This document shows positions 8,466-17,968 of a stretch of 48,162 nucleotides of DNA, one piece after another. Both the position numbers and the translations under genes were made by a program. Positions within the stretch are counted from its first letter, which is position 1. Every line of letters begins with the position of its first letter. The stretch is from an uncultured Nitrososphaerota archaeon (lineage in GTDB: Archaea; Thermoproteota; Methanomethylicia; Methanomethylicales; Methanomethylicaceae). Location: positions 1 through 48,162 of the forward strand of contig CAYZHK010000003.1 of assembly GCA_964477685.1 (NCBI GenBank), given 5' to 3'. Under the pieces are notes generated by a model. It was not told the DNA's origin. It saw only the letters and a list, made by a program, of their open reading frames with translations, and searched no databases.

Positions 8466-8531
8466 TGTATTTAAACCATTTGATTGTAATATTTAGATAC
8501 CTTTAGTATACAAAATATTACAATGTAATAT
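8466..8531 (-). promoter_or_regulatory. Hydrogenase-operon TATA box and upstream palindromic operator
   Basis: Minus-strand TTTAAATA at 8475-8468. Perfect 12-bp inverted repeat ATTGTAATATTT (8483-8494) / AAATATTACAAT (8513-8524). Overlapping palindrome ATATTACA-A-TGTAATAT (8515-8531). Confidence 0.6.
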
Positions 8532-8638
8532 AAAAACCGGTAATTCGCCAATTATTTTTCTGACTCTCAATAATAATACTACCAATATATTAAGCTATCA
8601 GAAAGACAGTTAGTAGGTGTGAAGAAGGAGGTCGTCTG

Positions 8639-9991
8639 ATGGCCGTCTGCCCTATTGATTCAGGAAGGTATGGAAGCAAGGAGATGAAGTCACTCTTCAG
8701 CGAGGAGAGCAGGCTTCAGAGGATGCTGGATGTGGAGGTTGCCCTGGCTGAGACACTGGCAGAGCTGGGAGAAATACCGAGGGCTGCCCCGCAGAAGATC
8801 AAGAGGAAAGCGCTGGTTTCCATCGTCACTCCCGAGAGGGTCAAGGAGAGGGAGCTGAAGACGAGGCATGACTTGATGGCCATGGTTGAGGTGCTGGCGG
8901 AGGAGTCGGGGGACTATGGCAAGTATGTTCACTGGGGGGCGACAAGCTACGACATCGTTGACACAGCCTGGACGCTGATGATGAGGGACGGGCTGGCAAT
9001 TCTTGAGAGCAGGCTTGAGGAGCTGACGGAGTCCCTCTGCCTTGCGGCGGAGAAGCACAAGGGGACAATCATGGCCGGGAGGACGCATGGCCAACACGCA
9101 ACGCCGATCACGTGGGGATTCAAGACCGCTGTATTTGCGGCGGAAACCGCAAGGAACCTGGAGAGGCTCAGGGCGCTGAGGGGTCGGCTCCTGGTGGGCA
9201 AGATGAGCGGCGCCACCGGGACAATGGCAAGCCAGGGGCCGAAGGCCCTGGAGATAGAGCGCCTTGTGATGCAAAGGCTGAAGCTGTCCCCGGCAGAGAT
9301 ATCGACCCAGGTCATCTGTAGGGACCGCATCGCCGAATTTGTCGCTTGGGCAGCCATCACCGCCTCCGGGCTGGACAGGATCGCAACGGAGATAAGGAAC
9401 CTCCAGCGGACCGAAATCCACGAGGTAGCCGAGGGCTTCGAGACTGGGTCGCAGGTCGGGAGCAGCACCATGCCCCACAAGCAGAATCCAATCGACTGCG
9501 AGAAGGTCTCAGGGCTGGCCAAGGTCCTCCGTGGAATGGTGATCACTGCGCTTGAGAACATACCGCTCTGGCATGAGAGGGATCTGACAGATTCCAGCAG
9601 CGAAAGGTTCCTGGTACCGATGACCTTCATAATCCTGGACGAGATGCTGGTCACGACTGCGCGTGTAATGAAGAACCTCAGGGTTTTCCCAGAACAGATG
9701 AGGAGAAACCTCGGTATAACAGGCGGAGCCATCCTCACCGAAGCAGTGATGATGGCGCTTGCGCGGAAGGGAATGGGAAGGCAGAAGGCCCATGAGCTGA
9801 TGAGGGGCATGGCCGCCAAGGCTGCCAAGGAAGGGAAGCCTGTAAGGGAGATACTGCTGGAATCCCGCGAGATCAGCGGCTATCTCTCCAAAGGCGAGAT
9901 AGACTCGCTGATGAAGCCGGAGAACTACCTAGGGAAGAGCCCGGAGATCATTGCAAGGGCTGTGAAGCACGCCCGGGAGTCCATAGCCTGA
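8639..9991 (+). CDS. purB: Adenylosuccinate lyase
   Basis: HWGATSYDIVD, GRTHGQHATP and the fumarate-lyase signature GSSTMPHKQNP..E; GGAGGT RBS. Confidence 0.95.
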   Translation: MAVCPIDSGRYGSKEMKSLFSEESRLQRMLDVEVALAETLAELGEIPRAAPQKIKRKALVSIVTPERVKERELKTRHDLMAMVEVLAEESGDYGKYVHWGATSYDIVDTAWTLMMRDGLAILESRLEELTESLCLAAEKHKGTIMAGRTHGQHATPITWGFKTAVFAAETARNLERLRALRGRLLVGKMSGATGTMASQGPKALEIERLVMQRLKLSPAEISTQVICRDRIAEFVAWAAITASGLDRIATEIRNLQRTEIHEVAEGFETGSQVGSSTMPHKQNPIDCEKVSGLAKVLRGMVITALENIPLWHERDLTDSSSERFLVPMTFIILDEMLVTTARVMKNLRVFPEQMRRNLGITGGAILTEAVMMALARKGMGRQKAHELMRGMAAKAAKEGKPVREILLESREISGYLSKGEIDSLMKPENYLGKSPEIIARAVKHARESIA

Positions 9992-10054
9992 CCTCCCTCG
10001 GGGCGCCAGGGAGAGAAGGATCCTTCAACCTTCCTGCATGGAGAGTGGTGGGCT

Positions 10055-11242
10055 GTGGCTGAAAAGAAGGCGCTAGGTGGCATATCCGCCAACATCCTGA
10101 TCCTCGGAGTGGTCAGCTTCTTCACAGACATCAGCAGCGAGCTTATCCTGGCCATCCTCCCATCTTTCCTTGTGATCACACTGGGCGCAACTCCCCTTAT
10201 TGTGGGGACCATAGAGGGGGCTGCCGAGTCCATCACATCCTTCCTGAGGCTCTTTTCTGGCGCCATCGCCGACAAGACAGGCCACAGAAAGGGGCTTACG
10301 GTGCTCGGCTACGGGATCTCGAATTCCGTCAAGCCTCTTCTCGGCTTCGCCTTCAACTGGGAGAGTGTACTTGTATTGAGGATGTCTGACCGCGCGGGCA
10401 AGGGGATAAGGACTCCACCGAGGGACGCCATTATCGCCGACTCAAGCCATGAGGTCAATATGGGGAGGTCCTTTGGCATCCACAGAACCCTGGACCAGCT
10501 GGGGGCAATAGTCGGGCCTGTTCTTGCCTTCCTGCTCCTTGCCCCCCTAGGCTACAACAGCCTATTCCTCCTTACAATTATACCAGGCGCGGTCGCTGTA
10601 ATAATCCTGGTTGGGTTTGTTAAGGATCCGCCGCGGAAGGGAGAAACGACAAAGTACTCCTTTAGTAATGCCAAGAAACTTCTTGACAGGAGGTTCAGCC
10701 TCTACCTCTCCTCCGCGACGCTCTACTCGATATCCGCCTTCACCTATGCGCTCATACTGCTTAGGGCCCTCCAGCTTGGGCTGCCGGCGGTCTCCACCCC
10801 CCTTGTCTATGCGGCCATGCAGGTATGCCATACGGCGATGGGCTATCCGGCTGGCTTCATCTCTGACAGGTACGGAAGGGCCCGGGGCGTCCAGATCGGC
10901 TATTTTGTCCTCTTCGTCTCATTCGTCTTCATGGCACTGTCGCTGGACATTTGGACGCTTCTGATCGGCGCACTCCTCTTCGGCGCACACCAAGGCATAG
11001 TCGAGACGAACCAGAGGGCTATGATACCCAGCCTTGTCCCCGAGAACATGAAGGGGACGGCCTACGGCATATACAATACTGTCATTGGCATCACCAATTT
11101 TCCCACCAACCTCGTGGCCGCCTATCTCTTCACCATCAGCTATTCATTCGCGTTTAGCTATGGTGCCATCTTCGCGCTCATGGCATCCATCCTCATGGTA
11201 TTCACCCAGAGGTCGATGGCTGGAAATAGGTCTGTGCCCTGA
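10055..11242 (+). CDS. MFS transporter
   Basis: About 12 TM segments; SGAIADKTGHRK, DRAGKGIRTPPRDA, GRSFGIHRTLD, AGFISDRYGR motifs. Confidence 0.9.
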   Translation: MAEKKALGGISANILILGVVSFFTDISSELILAILPSFLVITLGATPLIVGTIEGAAESITSFLRLFSGAIADKTGHRKGLTVLGYGISNSVKPLLGFAFNWESVLVLRMSDRAGKGIRTPPRDAIIADSSHEVNMGRSFGIHRTLDQLGAIVGPVLAFLLLAPLGYNSLFLLTIIPGAVAVIILVGFVKDPPRKGETTKYSFSNAKKLLDRRFSLYLSSATLYSISAFTYALILLRALQLGLPAVSTPLVYAAMQVCHTAMGYPAGFISDRYGRARGVQIGYFVLFVSFVFMALSLDIWTLLIGALLFGAHQGIVETNQRAMIPSLVPENMKGTAYGIYNTVIGITNFPTNLVAAYLFTISYSFAFSYGAIFALMASILMVFTQRSMAGNRSVP

Positions 11243-11246
11243 GTGT

Positions 11247-12431
11247 TCAGGCCTTTCCTCTCTTCAAGAGGTAGTATGCAAAGAAGGAGGAGAAGAAGGC
11301 GTTCAGGGGCGGAATTCCCAGTGGAACTAGCCCGACACAGGCCCCCATCCCCCAAGAGACCACTCCAGTCCAGGTCGTTCCTTTTTTGGCCTCAAGGCGC
11401 CGCTTCGAGATGAAGTAGTATTCGGCTAGGCTCATGCCCATCAGCGGAGGGAGGAGTATGCCGATTACCCTGAGGAAATAGCTGAGCTGGTCCACGATCC
11501 CGATGGATGCAAGCGCAAGACCCGCCACAGCTGCGGGAACTGTGGCGTATCGCCGCTCCACCCTGAGCAGGTTCGCCAAGGCCAGGGATGGGGGATAGAG
11601 CGAGGATGCGGCCGCATAGCTCCCCAGCAGCAGGAGGAGATTGGCCAAGAGGGGGAGTCCTATTGCTACCAGGCTCAGCACCGGGTTGGGCAGGGAGGTG
11701 AAGGATCCGATGATATTCCCTGAGAATAATGTAAACAGCATGAGGGGGAGGACAATGCCAAATGCGGTGACCTTAACATCCCTCAGGCTCTTGGCCTGCA
11801 TCATGAAGTCGGGAGAGACCGTGGATATTGATGTTGCCCCGCCAATGGCAAGCCCTGCCGCCATCAGGACGTACTCAGGGCTCGAGGGCGTGGGCATGAA
11901 CGACGGGCATTCCATGGTGATGGAGTAGAGGGCCCAAATAGCGAAGACAGCGGTGAGGATAGCCGTAAGCTTGGTGAAATCTGACAGGCGGCTAAAGCCA
12001 GAGTAGGTGACTGTGGCTATCAGGGCCCCAAACATGATGATTGCGATCAGGCTGTTTATGCCGGTGAGTTCAGCGGCGGCCTGACCCCCAAGGCTTATCA
12101 GCACGGCAAACCACCCAACCTGAGTCATTGTTATTAGCGGGGAGGCCAGGAAACGGGATCCCTGCTCGCCGAGGGTGGCCTCCATGATTTTTGTAAAGGG
12201 CTTGTGCTCCAATGCCCCAATGCCACCGTGGAAATAGATGAAAAGGGAGATACAGATCCCTGCCGCCACCGACGTGAGGAGGGCATAGGGCAATGGGAGC
12301 ATCGTCCCCAGTGTGCATCCCACCGCCAGTATGGCTGGGCTCACAAAGATGATGCAGAGCGTTGGCGCTACCCTGCTCCATGGGAAGAGGCGAGGCTGTG
12401 TCTCCATTCCGCCACCATGCTGCCGAATCAT
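11247..12431 (-). CDS. Cytosine/purine permease (NCS1, CodB-like)
   Basis: Multi-TM protein with LGEQGS..S..ITMTQVGWF, SPDF, FL..IG.LLPP..G..LAEYY patterns. Confidence 0.7.
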   Translation of the reverse strand: MIRQHGGGMETQPRLFPWSRVAPTLCIIFVSPAILAVGCTLGTMLPLPYALLTSVAAGICISLFIYFHGGIGALEHKPFTKIMEATLGEQGSRFLASPLITMTQVGWFAVLISLGGQAAAELTGINSLIAIIMFGALIATVTYSGFSRLSDFTKLTAILTAVFAIWALYSITMECPSFMPTPSSPEYVLMAAGLAIGGATSISTVSPDFMMQAKSLRDVKVTAFGIVLPLMLFTLFSGNIIGSFTSLPNPVLSLVAIGLPLLANLLLLLGSYAAASSLYPPSLALANLLRVERRYATVPAAVAGLALASIGIVDQLSYFLRVIGILLPPLMGMSLAEYYFISKRRLEAKKGTTWTGVVSWGMGACVGLVPLGIPPLNAFFSSFFAYYLLKRGKA

Positions 12432-13477
12432 TCTAGGATCTTATCGGCTATAGCCTTGAACTCCTTGTTTTCATAGCTCTCGATCTGCCCTGTGTCGGCG
12501 ACCTCCGAAAGGCGCGGATCCAGGGGCAGAGATCCGAGGTATTTGGCATTGATCTTCTCTGCGAAGATCCTGGCCTTCGATTCGCCGAATGGGTGAATGA
12601 TATTGCCGCACTTGTCGCATTTGACATAGCTCATGTTCTCAATGACCCCCATCACAGGAACAGTCATCATCTGGGTCATGTTGACTGCCTTGGAAACGAT
12701 CATGTTGGCCAATTCCTGCGGGGACGTGACTACGACGGCGCCATCCACCGGAAGAAGCTGCATCACGGTCAGCTGGGCATCGCTGGTCCCAGGAGGTAGG
12801 TCAATAATCAGGTAATCAAGGGTGCCCCAGTCCACATCTGCATAAAACTGCCGTATGGCGCTGCTGACAAGGGGACCTCGCCAGATGATTGGAGCCTCCT
12901 CCTTTCCCACGAGCAGGTTCATGGATATGACCTTGACCCCTCCCTTGGAAATGCCGGGTATAATCTTGCCCTCCATGACGAAGGGGGAGACAATCTCACC
13001 GAACATCTTAGGGATGCTTGGGCCAGTGATGTCGGCATCCATGACTCCGACCTTCTTGCCGCGGCGCGATGCCTCAACGGCTAGGAGGGAGGCGACGGAG
13101 GACTTGCCCACCCCGCCCTTGCCCGAGAGTACCACTATTATCTTGGCTATGCCTTTCCGAGGGAGCTTGCCTGGCAGCTGGCTTGGGCCACCCCTCGCCT
13201 TCAGCTTTTCGACGAGGCGCTCCCTCTCCTCATCATTCATAACTCCCAGGATCACCTCGGCGTCCCCAACGCCTGTAATTTCCTTGATTGCCTTTTCGGC
13301 GTCCGACTTTATACCCTTGGACATCGGGCAGGAGTCGGTGGTCAGGGCAATCGCAACCTTTACATGGCCTCCGCTGATCTCTACATTCCTGACCATATCC
13401 ATCTCAACGATGTTCATGTCGAACTCTGGGTCCATAACCCCGCTGAGCGCTTTTATGATCTCTTCCTTTGTGACCAT
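12428..13477 (-). CDS. mrp: Mrp/NBP35 Fe-S carrier ATPase with N-terminal DUF59 domain
   Basis: VMDPEFDMNIVEMDMV..TTDSCP (DUF59); SGKGGVGKS; DADITGPSIP; WRGP; DLPPGTSD; ENMS..CDKC. Confidence 0.92.
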   Translation of the reverse strand: MVTKEEIIKALSGVMDPEFDMNIVEMDMVRNVEISGGHVKVAIALTTDSCPMSKGIKSDAEKAIKEITGVGDAEVILGVMNDEERERLVEKLKARGGPSQLPGKLPRKGIAKIIVVLSGKGGVGKSSVASLLAVEASRRGKKVGVMDADITGPSIPKMFGEIVSPFVMEGKIIPGISKGGVKVISMNLLVGKEEAPIIWRGPLVSSAIRQFYADVDWGTLDYLIIDLPPGTSDAQLTVMQLLPVDGAVVVTSPQELANMIVSKAVNMTQMMTVPVMGVIENMSYVKCDKCGNIIHPFGESKARIFAEKINAKYLGSLPLDPRLSEVADTGQIESYENKEFKAIADKILE

Positions 13478-13558
13478 TGTTTTGCACTTCTCTTCAGCAC
13501 CTTTAACTTCATCAATGGCTAATAAACTTCTCCGAACGTGACCAAAGGATATAAAGGC

Positions 13559-13577
13559 TGGATGGATATACTATCCA
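13559..13577 (+). promoter_or_regulatory. Palindromic operator just downstream of the ECF S-component TATA box (copy 1)
   Basis: TGGATGGATATACTATCCA with core TGGAT-N5-ATCCA, following ATATAAAG at 13549-13556; 17/19 identical to 14641-14659. Confidence 0.65.
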
Positions 13578-13588
13578 TATGATGCCTG

Positions 13589-14155
13589 ATGACGAGCGGA
13601 CTGAACAGGACCCGAAAGATTACATATGCTGCCATATTGATCGCCCTGGCTGCCTCACTCAGGCTGACTAAGCATCTCCTCTTCGGACCCCTCCAATTCA
13701 TCAACTTCCCCGGTATATTCGCGATCGTGGGGGGCATAGTCTTCGGGCCAGTCACTGGCATGACAGTGGGCTTTACCACATACCTCCTCTCGGATTTCCT
13801 TCTTGGGGCCGGACCGTGGACCGTTGTCAATGCCCTGCTTATGGGATTCTTTGGGGCCCTTAGCGGCATACTCTGGAGGCGGACGAACGGCAGCTTTTCG
13901 AAGATCGCCATGGGCATTGGCGTCTATGTGATAATGTTTGCCTTCGATATCCTCAGCTCTTGGATCCTGAATATGGTTTTTGGGTGGTCGCCAACTGTTG
14001 CCCTGATCTACGGGCTCATGGGCCTATTCATGCCAAATCCAGCAGGCGGATTCATGATTGGAGTGGGACCCATAACCGAGGCCACAACAGCGATAGTGGT
14101 TGTCTCCATCGTGGGTCTAATGGTTAGGGGGAAGATAGCCGTAAAAAGGCAGTAA
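13589..14155 (+). CDS. ECF transporter substrate-binding S component (possibly CbrT-like, cobalamin)
   Basis: About 190 aa and 5-6 TM; A.LIAL...LR, FGP..G..VG...L.SDF.LG.GPWT pattern. Substrate inferred from the neighbouring DUF4430 gene. Confidence 0.75.
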   Translation: MTSGLNRTRKITYAAILIALAASLRLTKHLLFGPLQFINFPGIFAIVGGIVFGPVTGMTVGFTTYLLSDFLLGAGPWTVVNALLMGFFGALSGILWRRTNGSFSKIAMGIGVYVIMFAFDILSSWILNMVFGWSPTVALIYGLMGLFMPNPAGGFMIGVGPITEATTAIVVVSIVGLMVRGKIAVKRQ

Positions 14156-14172
14156 AAAAAAGTGAGAGGGAA

Positions 14173-14634
14173 CTAGAAATTCCAGTGTTCATACTCCCAA
14201 GTTATGGTCTCCCCATTGGTGAGGATGTATTGGGAAACCCCAACTGTCGGTGAGGTTTTTCCCCCATTTGCCCAAGAGTAGTAGAACCATGATTGTTGAG
14301 CAGACACGTTTTCCATGATGCCGTTTATCCCAGTGACATAGATGCCCCAGGTGACCGAGTAATTGAGTGCCACAACCTTGGCAGTGGCATTGAAGGCGCT
14401 AGCCCCGATCGGAACATAAGTACCATTGAACCAGGTCATCGTGCCGTTGGGGTATTTTATGCCGATGTTGACCTGCATGGTGGTAGTTTCTACAATAGAT
14501 TCCAGTGAGTCGATTACCTTTTGCTGGTTCTGGTCCGTCTGGTAATAGTAGACCATCCCAGCTGTTGCGCCTACGGCCCATACCAGGAAAATCAGAGCGA
14601 TAGCTGCCCACATATTGCTTTTCAATGTCAGCAC
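14173..14634 (-). CDS. Membrane-anchored DUF4430 / transcobalamin-like C-terminal domain protein
   Basis: N-terminal TM anchor; WGIYVTGINGI, WFYYSW, GVSQYILTNGETITWEY. Confidence 0.75.
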   Translation of the reverse strand: MLTLKSNMWAAIALIFLVWAVGATAGMVYYYQTDQNQQKVIDSLESIVETTTMQVNIGIKYPNGTMTWFNGTYVPIGASAFNATAKVVALNYSVTWGIYVTGINGIMENVSAQQSWFYYSWANGGKTSPTVGVSQYILTNGETITWEYEHWNF

Positions 14635-14640
14635 CTATTC

Positions 14641-14659
14641 TGGATAGTTAATCCATCCA
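14641..14659 (-). promoter_or_regulatory. Palindromic operator just downstream of the DUF4430 gene TATA box (copy 2)
   Basis: Minus strand reads TTTTATAT-A-TGGATGGATTAACTATCCA. Confidence 0.65.
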
Positions 14660-14727
14660 TATATAAAAATATGTGTCCACTGGGTTCGGAATAAATAGGA
14701 GACCGGGCAAAGCATTAAGGACCGCAG

Positions 14728-15171
14728 ATGATAGTCCCAGAGCTTGAGATGGAGCTTGTCGACAGAATACCCGGCTTCCAGTGCAGGCTCTGTGGCCGCT
14801 GCTGCAGGCGGAAGCTGATAGCGGTCTATGGGAGGGACTTGGAGAGGCTTAGGGGTAAGGGCGACTTCTGCGACGATACAACGGAAGAAGAGAGGTCGCT
14901 TACAGGCGCATCCCACAAGATGAGGATGGAGAAAGGGAAATGCGTCCTGCTCAAGGACGGCCGCTGCGCCCACTACGCGGAGAGACCAGATACCTGCAGG
15001 AGGCACCCCTTCCTTGTTACAGGCAGGAATATCCTTGTGGCAATGACCTGCCCAGGGGTCGACCGATCCTCCGTGGGGAACCCACGCGAATATCGCTTAC
15101 TTTCGGAGGGAATCGGGCCTGGCCTCGACAGGTACCTTGCCCTGCGCAGCCGAGGCAGAAGAGGAATCTGA
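14728..15171 (+). CDS. YkgJ-family cysteine-cluster protein (CxxCxxCC)
   Basis: FQCRLCGRCC, CVLL..GRCAHY..RP.TCR.HPF, CPG. Confidence 0.85.
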   Translation: MIVPELEMELVDRIPGFQCRLCGRCCRRKLIAVYGRDLERLRGKGDFCDDTTEEERSLTGASHKMRMEKGKCVLLKDGRCAHYAERPDTCRRHPFLVTGRNILVAMTCPGVDRSSVGNPREYRLLSEGIGPGLDRYLALRSRGRRGI

Positions 15172-15175
15172 GGAC

Positions 15176-16183
15176 TCACTTCTCCACTGATTCGGTGATG
15201 ATGCCGGATCCGGACAGGTTTGCCCTGAAGGGCTCGCCGCCTACGACTTTGATGGCGATGGAGACCTGGTCCTCCTTGCCGGGGCAGAGGGCAATCATGC
15301 AGCCCCCGCCGCCAGCGCCGGTCATCTTGGAGCCGAGGGCCCCTGCGCTCCTGGACGAATAGACCATGTCGTTGAGCCTTTTGGAGGAGACGCCCAAGGC
15401 CTCCAGGAGGCCATGGTTGATGTTCATGAGCCGCCCCATGCGCTCCAGATCAAAACTGCTGAGGGCGGCCTTTCCATCCTCCACAACTCCGCCTATGGCT
15501 TCCACCACCGAATCGACGGCCCTCGGCGCAAGATCCCTCAGGGCCCTCACTCGCCCCAGCAGATCTGATGTCTTCGCCTCCCTCTCGGTGTACCCCACAA
15601 CTGACGGCAGCTGGGCCTTTAGGTTGAGCTTCTCGATCAGGGGAGCGCCGGCGGTGGGCTTGATGAAGATGGTTCCTCCAAGGGTTGAGATGGCTGTGTC
15701 CATGGGGCTTGCTGCCCCCTGAACCTCGCGCTCGGTCATGTGCCCCAGCCGGGCAATCTCGTCGCTTCCAAGTTCGTGGCCCAGCAGGAGGGCGTAGGCT
15801 GCGATCGTTCCCACTGCTATGGCAGCAGAGGTCCCCAGGCCAGCCCCAACCGGCATCTCGGACCTTATGGTAACGTTTGCCCCGCTCTTGGAGCCGATGT
15901 GCCGCGAAGTGATCTCCATGGCCTTCCGGACATAGCCCATTGCATCGACGATTCTGTCATAGTCAGTTTCGATCAGATACTCGCTGGAGCCTTCCCTAAA
16001 GGTCAGGATCAGGCCTGGGATGTGGAGGTCCAGGGCTGAGACCTTGATGGCAGAGTCGGTTCTTGCCTCCATGGTAACATAGAGCCGCTTGTCGATGGCA
16101 GTGACTAGGGCAGGCTTTCCATAGACAACGGCATGCTCCCCCAGGAGGGTAATCTTGCCAGGGGCGGATACGGTCACCTTCAT
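15176..16183 (-). CDS. mvk: Mevalonate kinase
   Basis: SAPGKITLLGEHAVVYGKPA, PVGAGLGTSAA, SKMTGAGGGGC. Start placed at ATG 16183. Confidence 0.93.
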   Translation of the reverse strand: MKVTVSAPGKITLLGEHAVVYGKPALVTAIDKRLYVTMEARTDSAIKVSALDLHIPGLILTFREGSSEYLIETDYDRIVDAMGYVRKAMEITSRHIGSKSGANVTIRSEMPVGAGLGTSAAIAVGTIAAYALLLGHELGSDEIARLGHMTEREVQGAASPMDTAISTLGGTIFIKPTAGAPLIEKLNLKAQLPSVVGYTEREAKTSDLLGRVRALRDLAPRAVDSVVEAIGGVVEDGKAALSSFDLERMGRLMNINHGLLEALGVSSKRLNDMVYSSRSAGALGSKMTGAGGGGCMIALCPGKEDQVSIAIKVVGGEPFRANLSGSGIITESVEK

Positions 16184-16305
16184 GTGCAAACCCCGCATGG
16201 GCTGAATCCCTCTTGAACTCCAATTTATTAAACATTTATTGCTGCCTGTATTCGAAGGCGATGGTTCAGCAAAGGAAAAATATGGGTTTGAACCCGCATA
16301 TCCCT

Positions 16306-17652
16306 ATGGCAGGGGGAACCACTGGGCCAAAGGAAGATCTGTTCCGGCTTGGCGAGGGCATAATTGATTCATTGTTGAAGCTGGGGGCGGATGGGGCCTT
16401 TGTAATCCCGACCCACTGGGACACGCTCATGGTGAGGTTCAGCAACAACAAGGTCACCGTGACCCAAGACTGGAGCGTCAGAGGGGTTAACACTCTGGCC
16501 CTGTTCGGGAGGAAGCGCATCGTCTCGCACCTCGAGGACTTGAGCAGCAGAGCCGTTGAGGCGTGGGTAGAGAGGATAGCAAAGCAGGCGCAGGCGATTC
16601 CGGAGATGCCAGACTCTGCTGAGATGCCCCCTGGGAGTTCGTTCCCAGACCACCCCACCGGCGAGAAAATAGACGCCGACCAGATGGGGGAAGGCGTTAG
16701 GAGTGCCATCGAATCTGCACTAAGGGCAGGCGCCCAGAGGGTTTCTGGCATATTCATCGCCACCATCTCCCATGACGCACTGCTTGGAAGCAACGGCGCC
16801 AGGGGGTATGATGAGCGACCACTCTTTGAGTTCAATGTGAGGGCCTTCAACGGGGAGGCCTCTGGGCAGGGGGTGAGCTGCAGCACAAGGATGGACGGGA
16901 TTGCCCCCGAGAAGGCAGGGGGAGAGGCAGGGGAAGTGGCACGTCTCTCCAGCAGCAGGGTTCAATGGCAGGAAGGGAGGCACGATGTGCTCCTGGGGCC
17001 AATCATCGGCGCCAACCTCATGGAGAGGGTTGGAGACGCATGCTCTGCCTTCAGCGTGGAGGCGGGCACGTCCAGCCTTGGCGGCAGGCTTGGGGAAAAG
17101 GTCTTCGCCGACGCATTGACCGTTACCGATGATGGTGCTTCGGATGATGCGCCAGACTCGCGCTCCTTCGACGACGAAGGGATGGCCACAGGGGCGAACA
17201 TACTGATCGAGAAGGGGGTTCTCAGGTCCTACCTCCACAACTCCTCCACCGCGAAGAGGTTCAAGACCTCCAGCACGGGGAATGCCGGGTGGATCAGCCC
17301 TTCCCCCTGGAGCCTAGTTGTTGGCAAGGGATCTCGCTGCTTTTCCGAATTGCTTGAGGAATTGGACAATGGGGTCTACATGGTCAGCAATTGGTACACC
17401 CGCTTCCAGAATTACTCCACGGGGGATTTTTCCACCATATCCAGGGACGGGGCTTTCCTTGTCAAAAATGGCGAGGTGGCCGGAGCCATAAGGGGGGTCA
17501 GGATAAGCGATAACCTGCTAAGGCTGTTTTCGGGGGTGGACGGCGTTGGCGCGGAGAGGCAATGGATAAAATGGTGGGAGGTAAGGACGCCTGTGCTGAT
17601 GCCTGCCCTCATCTCCCGAGGAATTAATTTGACCAAGGCCCAGGGGAGCTGA
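16306..17652 (+). CDS. TldE/PmbA family protein
   Basis: RFSNN.VT, FDDEG, LIEKGVL..YLHN, STGNAG, GDFST..RDG, RISDN; no HExxxH, so the non-catalytic PmbA type. Start uncertain (16213-16306). Confidence 0.85.
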   Translation: MAGGTTGPKEDLFRLGEGIIDSLLKLGADGAFVIPTHWDTLMVRFSNNKVTVTQDWSVRGVNTLALFGRKRIVSHLEDLSSRAVEAWVERIAKQAQAIPEMPDSAEMPPGSSFPDHPTGEKIDADQMGEGVRSAIESALRAGAQRVSGIFIATISHDALLGSNGARGYDERPLFEFNVRAFNGEASGQGVSCSTRMDGIAPEKAGGEAGEVARLSSSRVQWQEGRHDVLLGPIIGANLMERVGDACSAFSVEAGTSSLGGRLGEKVFADALTVTDDGASDDAPDSRSFDDEGMATGANILIEKGVLRSYLHNSSTAKRFKTSSTGNAGWISPSPWSLVVGKGSRCFSELLEELDNGVYMVSNWYTRFQNYSTGDFSTISRDGAFLVKNGEVAGAIRGVRISDNLLRLFSGVDGVGAERQWIKWWEVRTPVLMPALISRGINLTKAQGS

Positions 17653-17655
17653 GGC

Positions 17656-17928
17656 CTAGAGCCTCTTTTTCAGCTTCTCCTGTTCTTCCTTGGCTTTGCC
17701 CCTGAGGCCTCTAAATTCTTCCTTGACCTTTTCTCTGTCGTCCTTCGTCTTTTCCTTGAGCTTACCAGCCTCTTCCTTCGTCTTCTCGTGCAGATCCCTT
17801 GTTTCTTCCTTTGCCGACTTTGCCAATGTCTTTGCCTCTTCCTTAGTCTTGCTGGCAAGCTTTTCGGACTCTTCGGCAGTCTTCTCAGCGGTTTCGTTGA
17901 GTTTCTTCTTCAGGTCTTTGAATACCAT
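17656..17928 (-). CDS. Highly charged helical repeat protein (LEA-like 11-mer periodicity)
   Basis: KEEAKTLAKSA/KEETRDLHEKT/KEEAGKLKEKT repeats. A minus-strand TATA at about 17963-17970 favours ATG 17928. Confidence 0.7.
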   Translation of the reverse strand: MVFKDLKKKLNETAEKTAEESEKLASKTKEEAKTLAKSAKEETRDLHEKTKEEAGKLKEKTKDDREKVKEEFRGLRGKAKEEQEKLKKRL

Positions 17929-17968
17929 GCCAAATACCCCACCATATAATCCGATAGGATCCATATAA

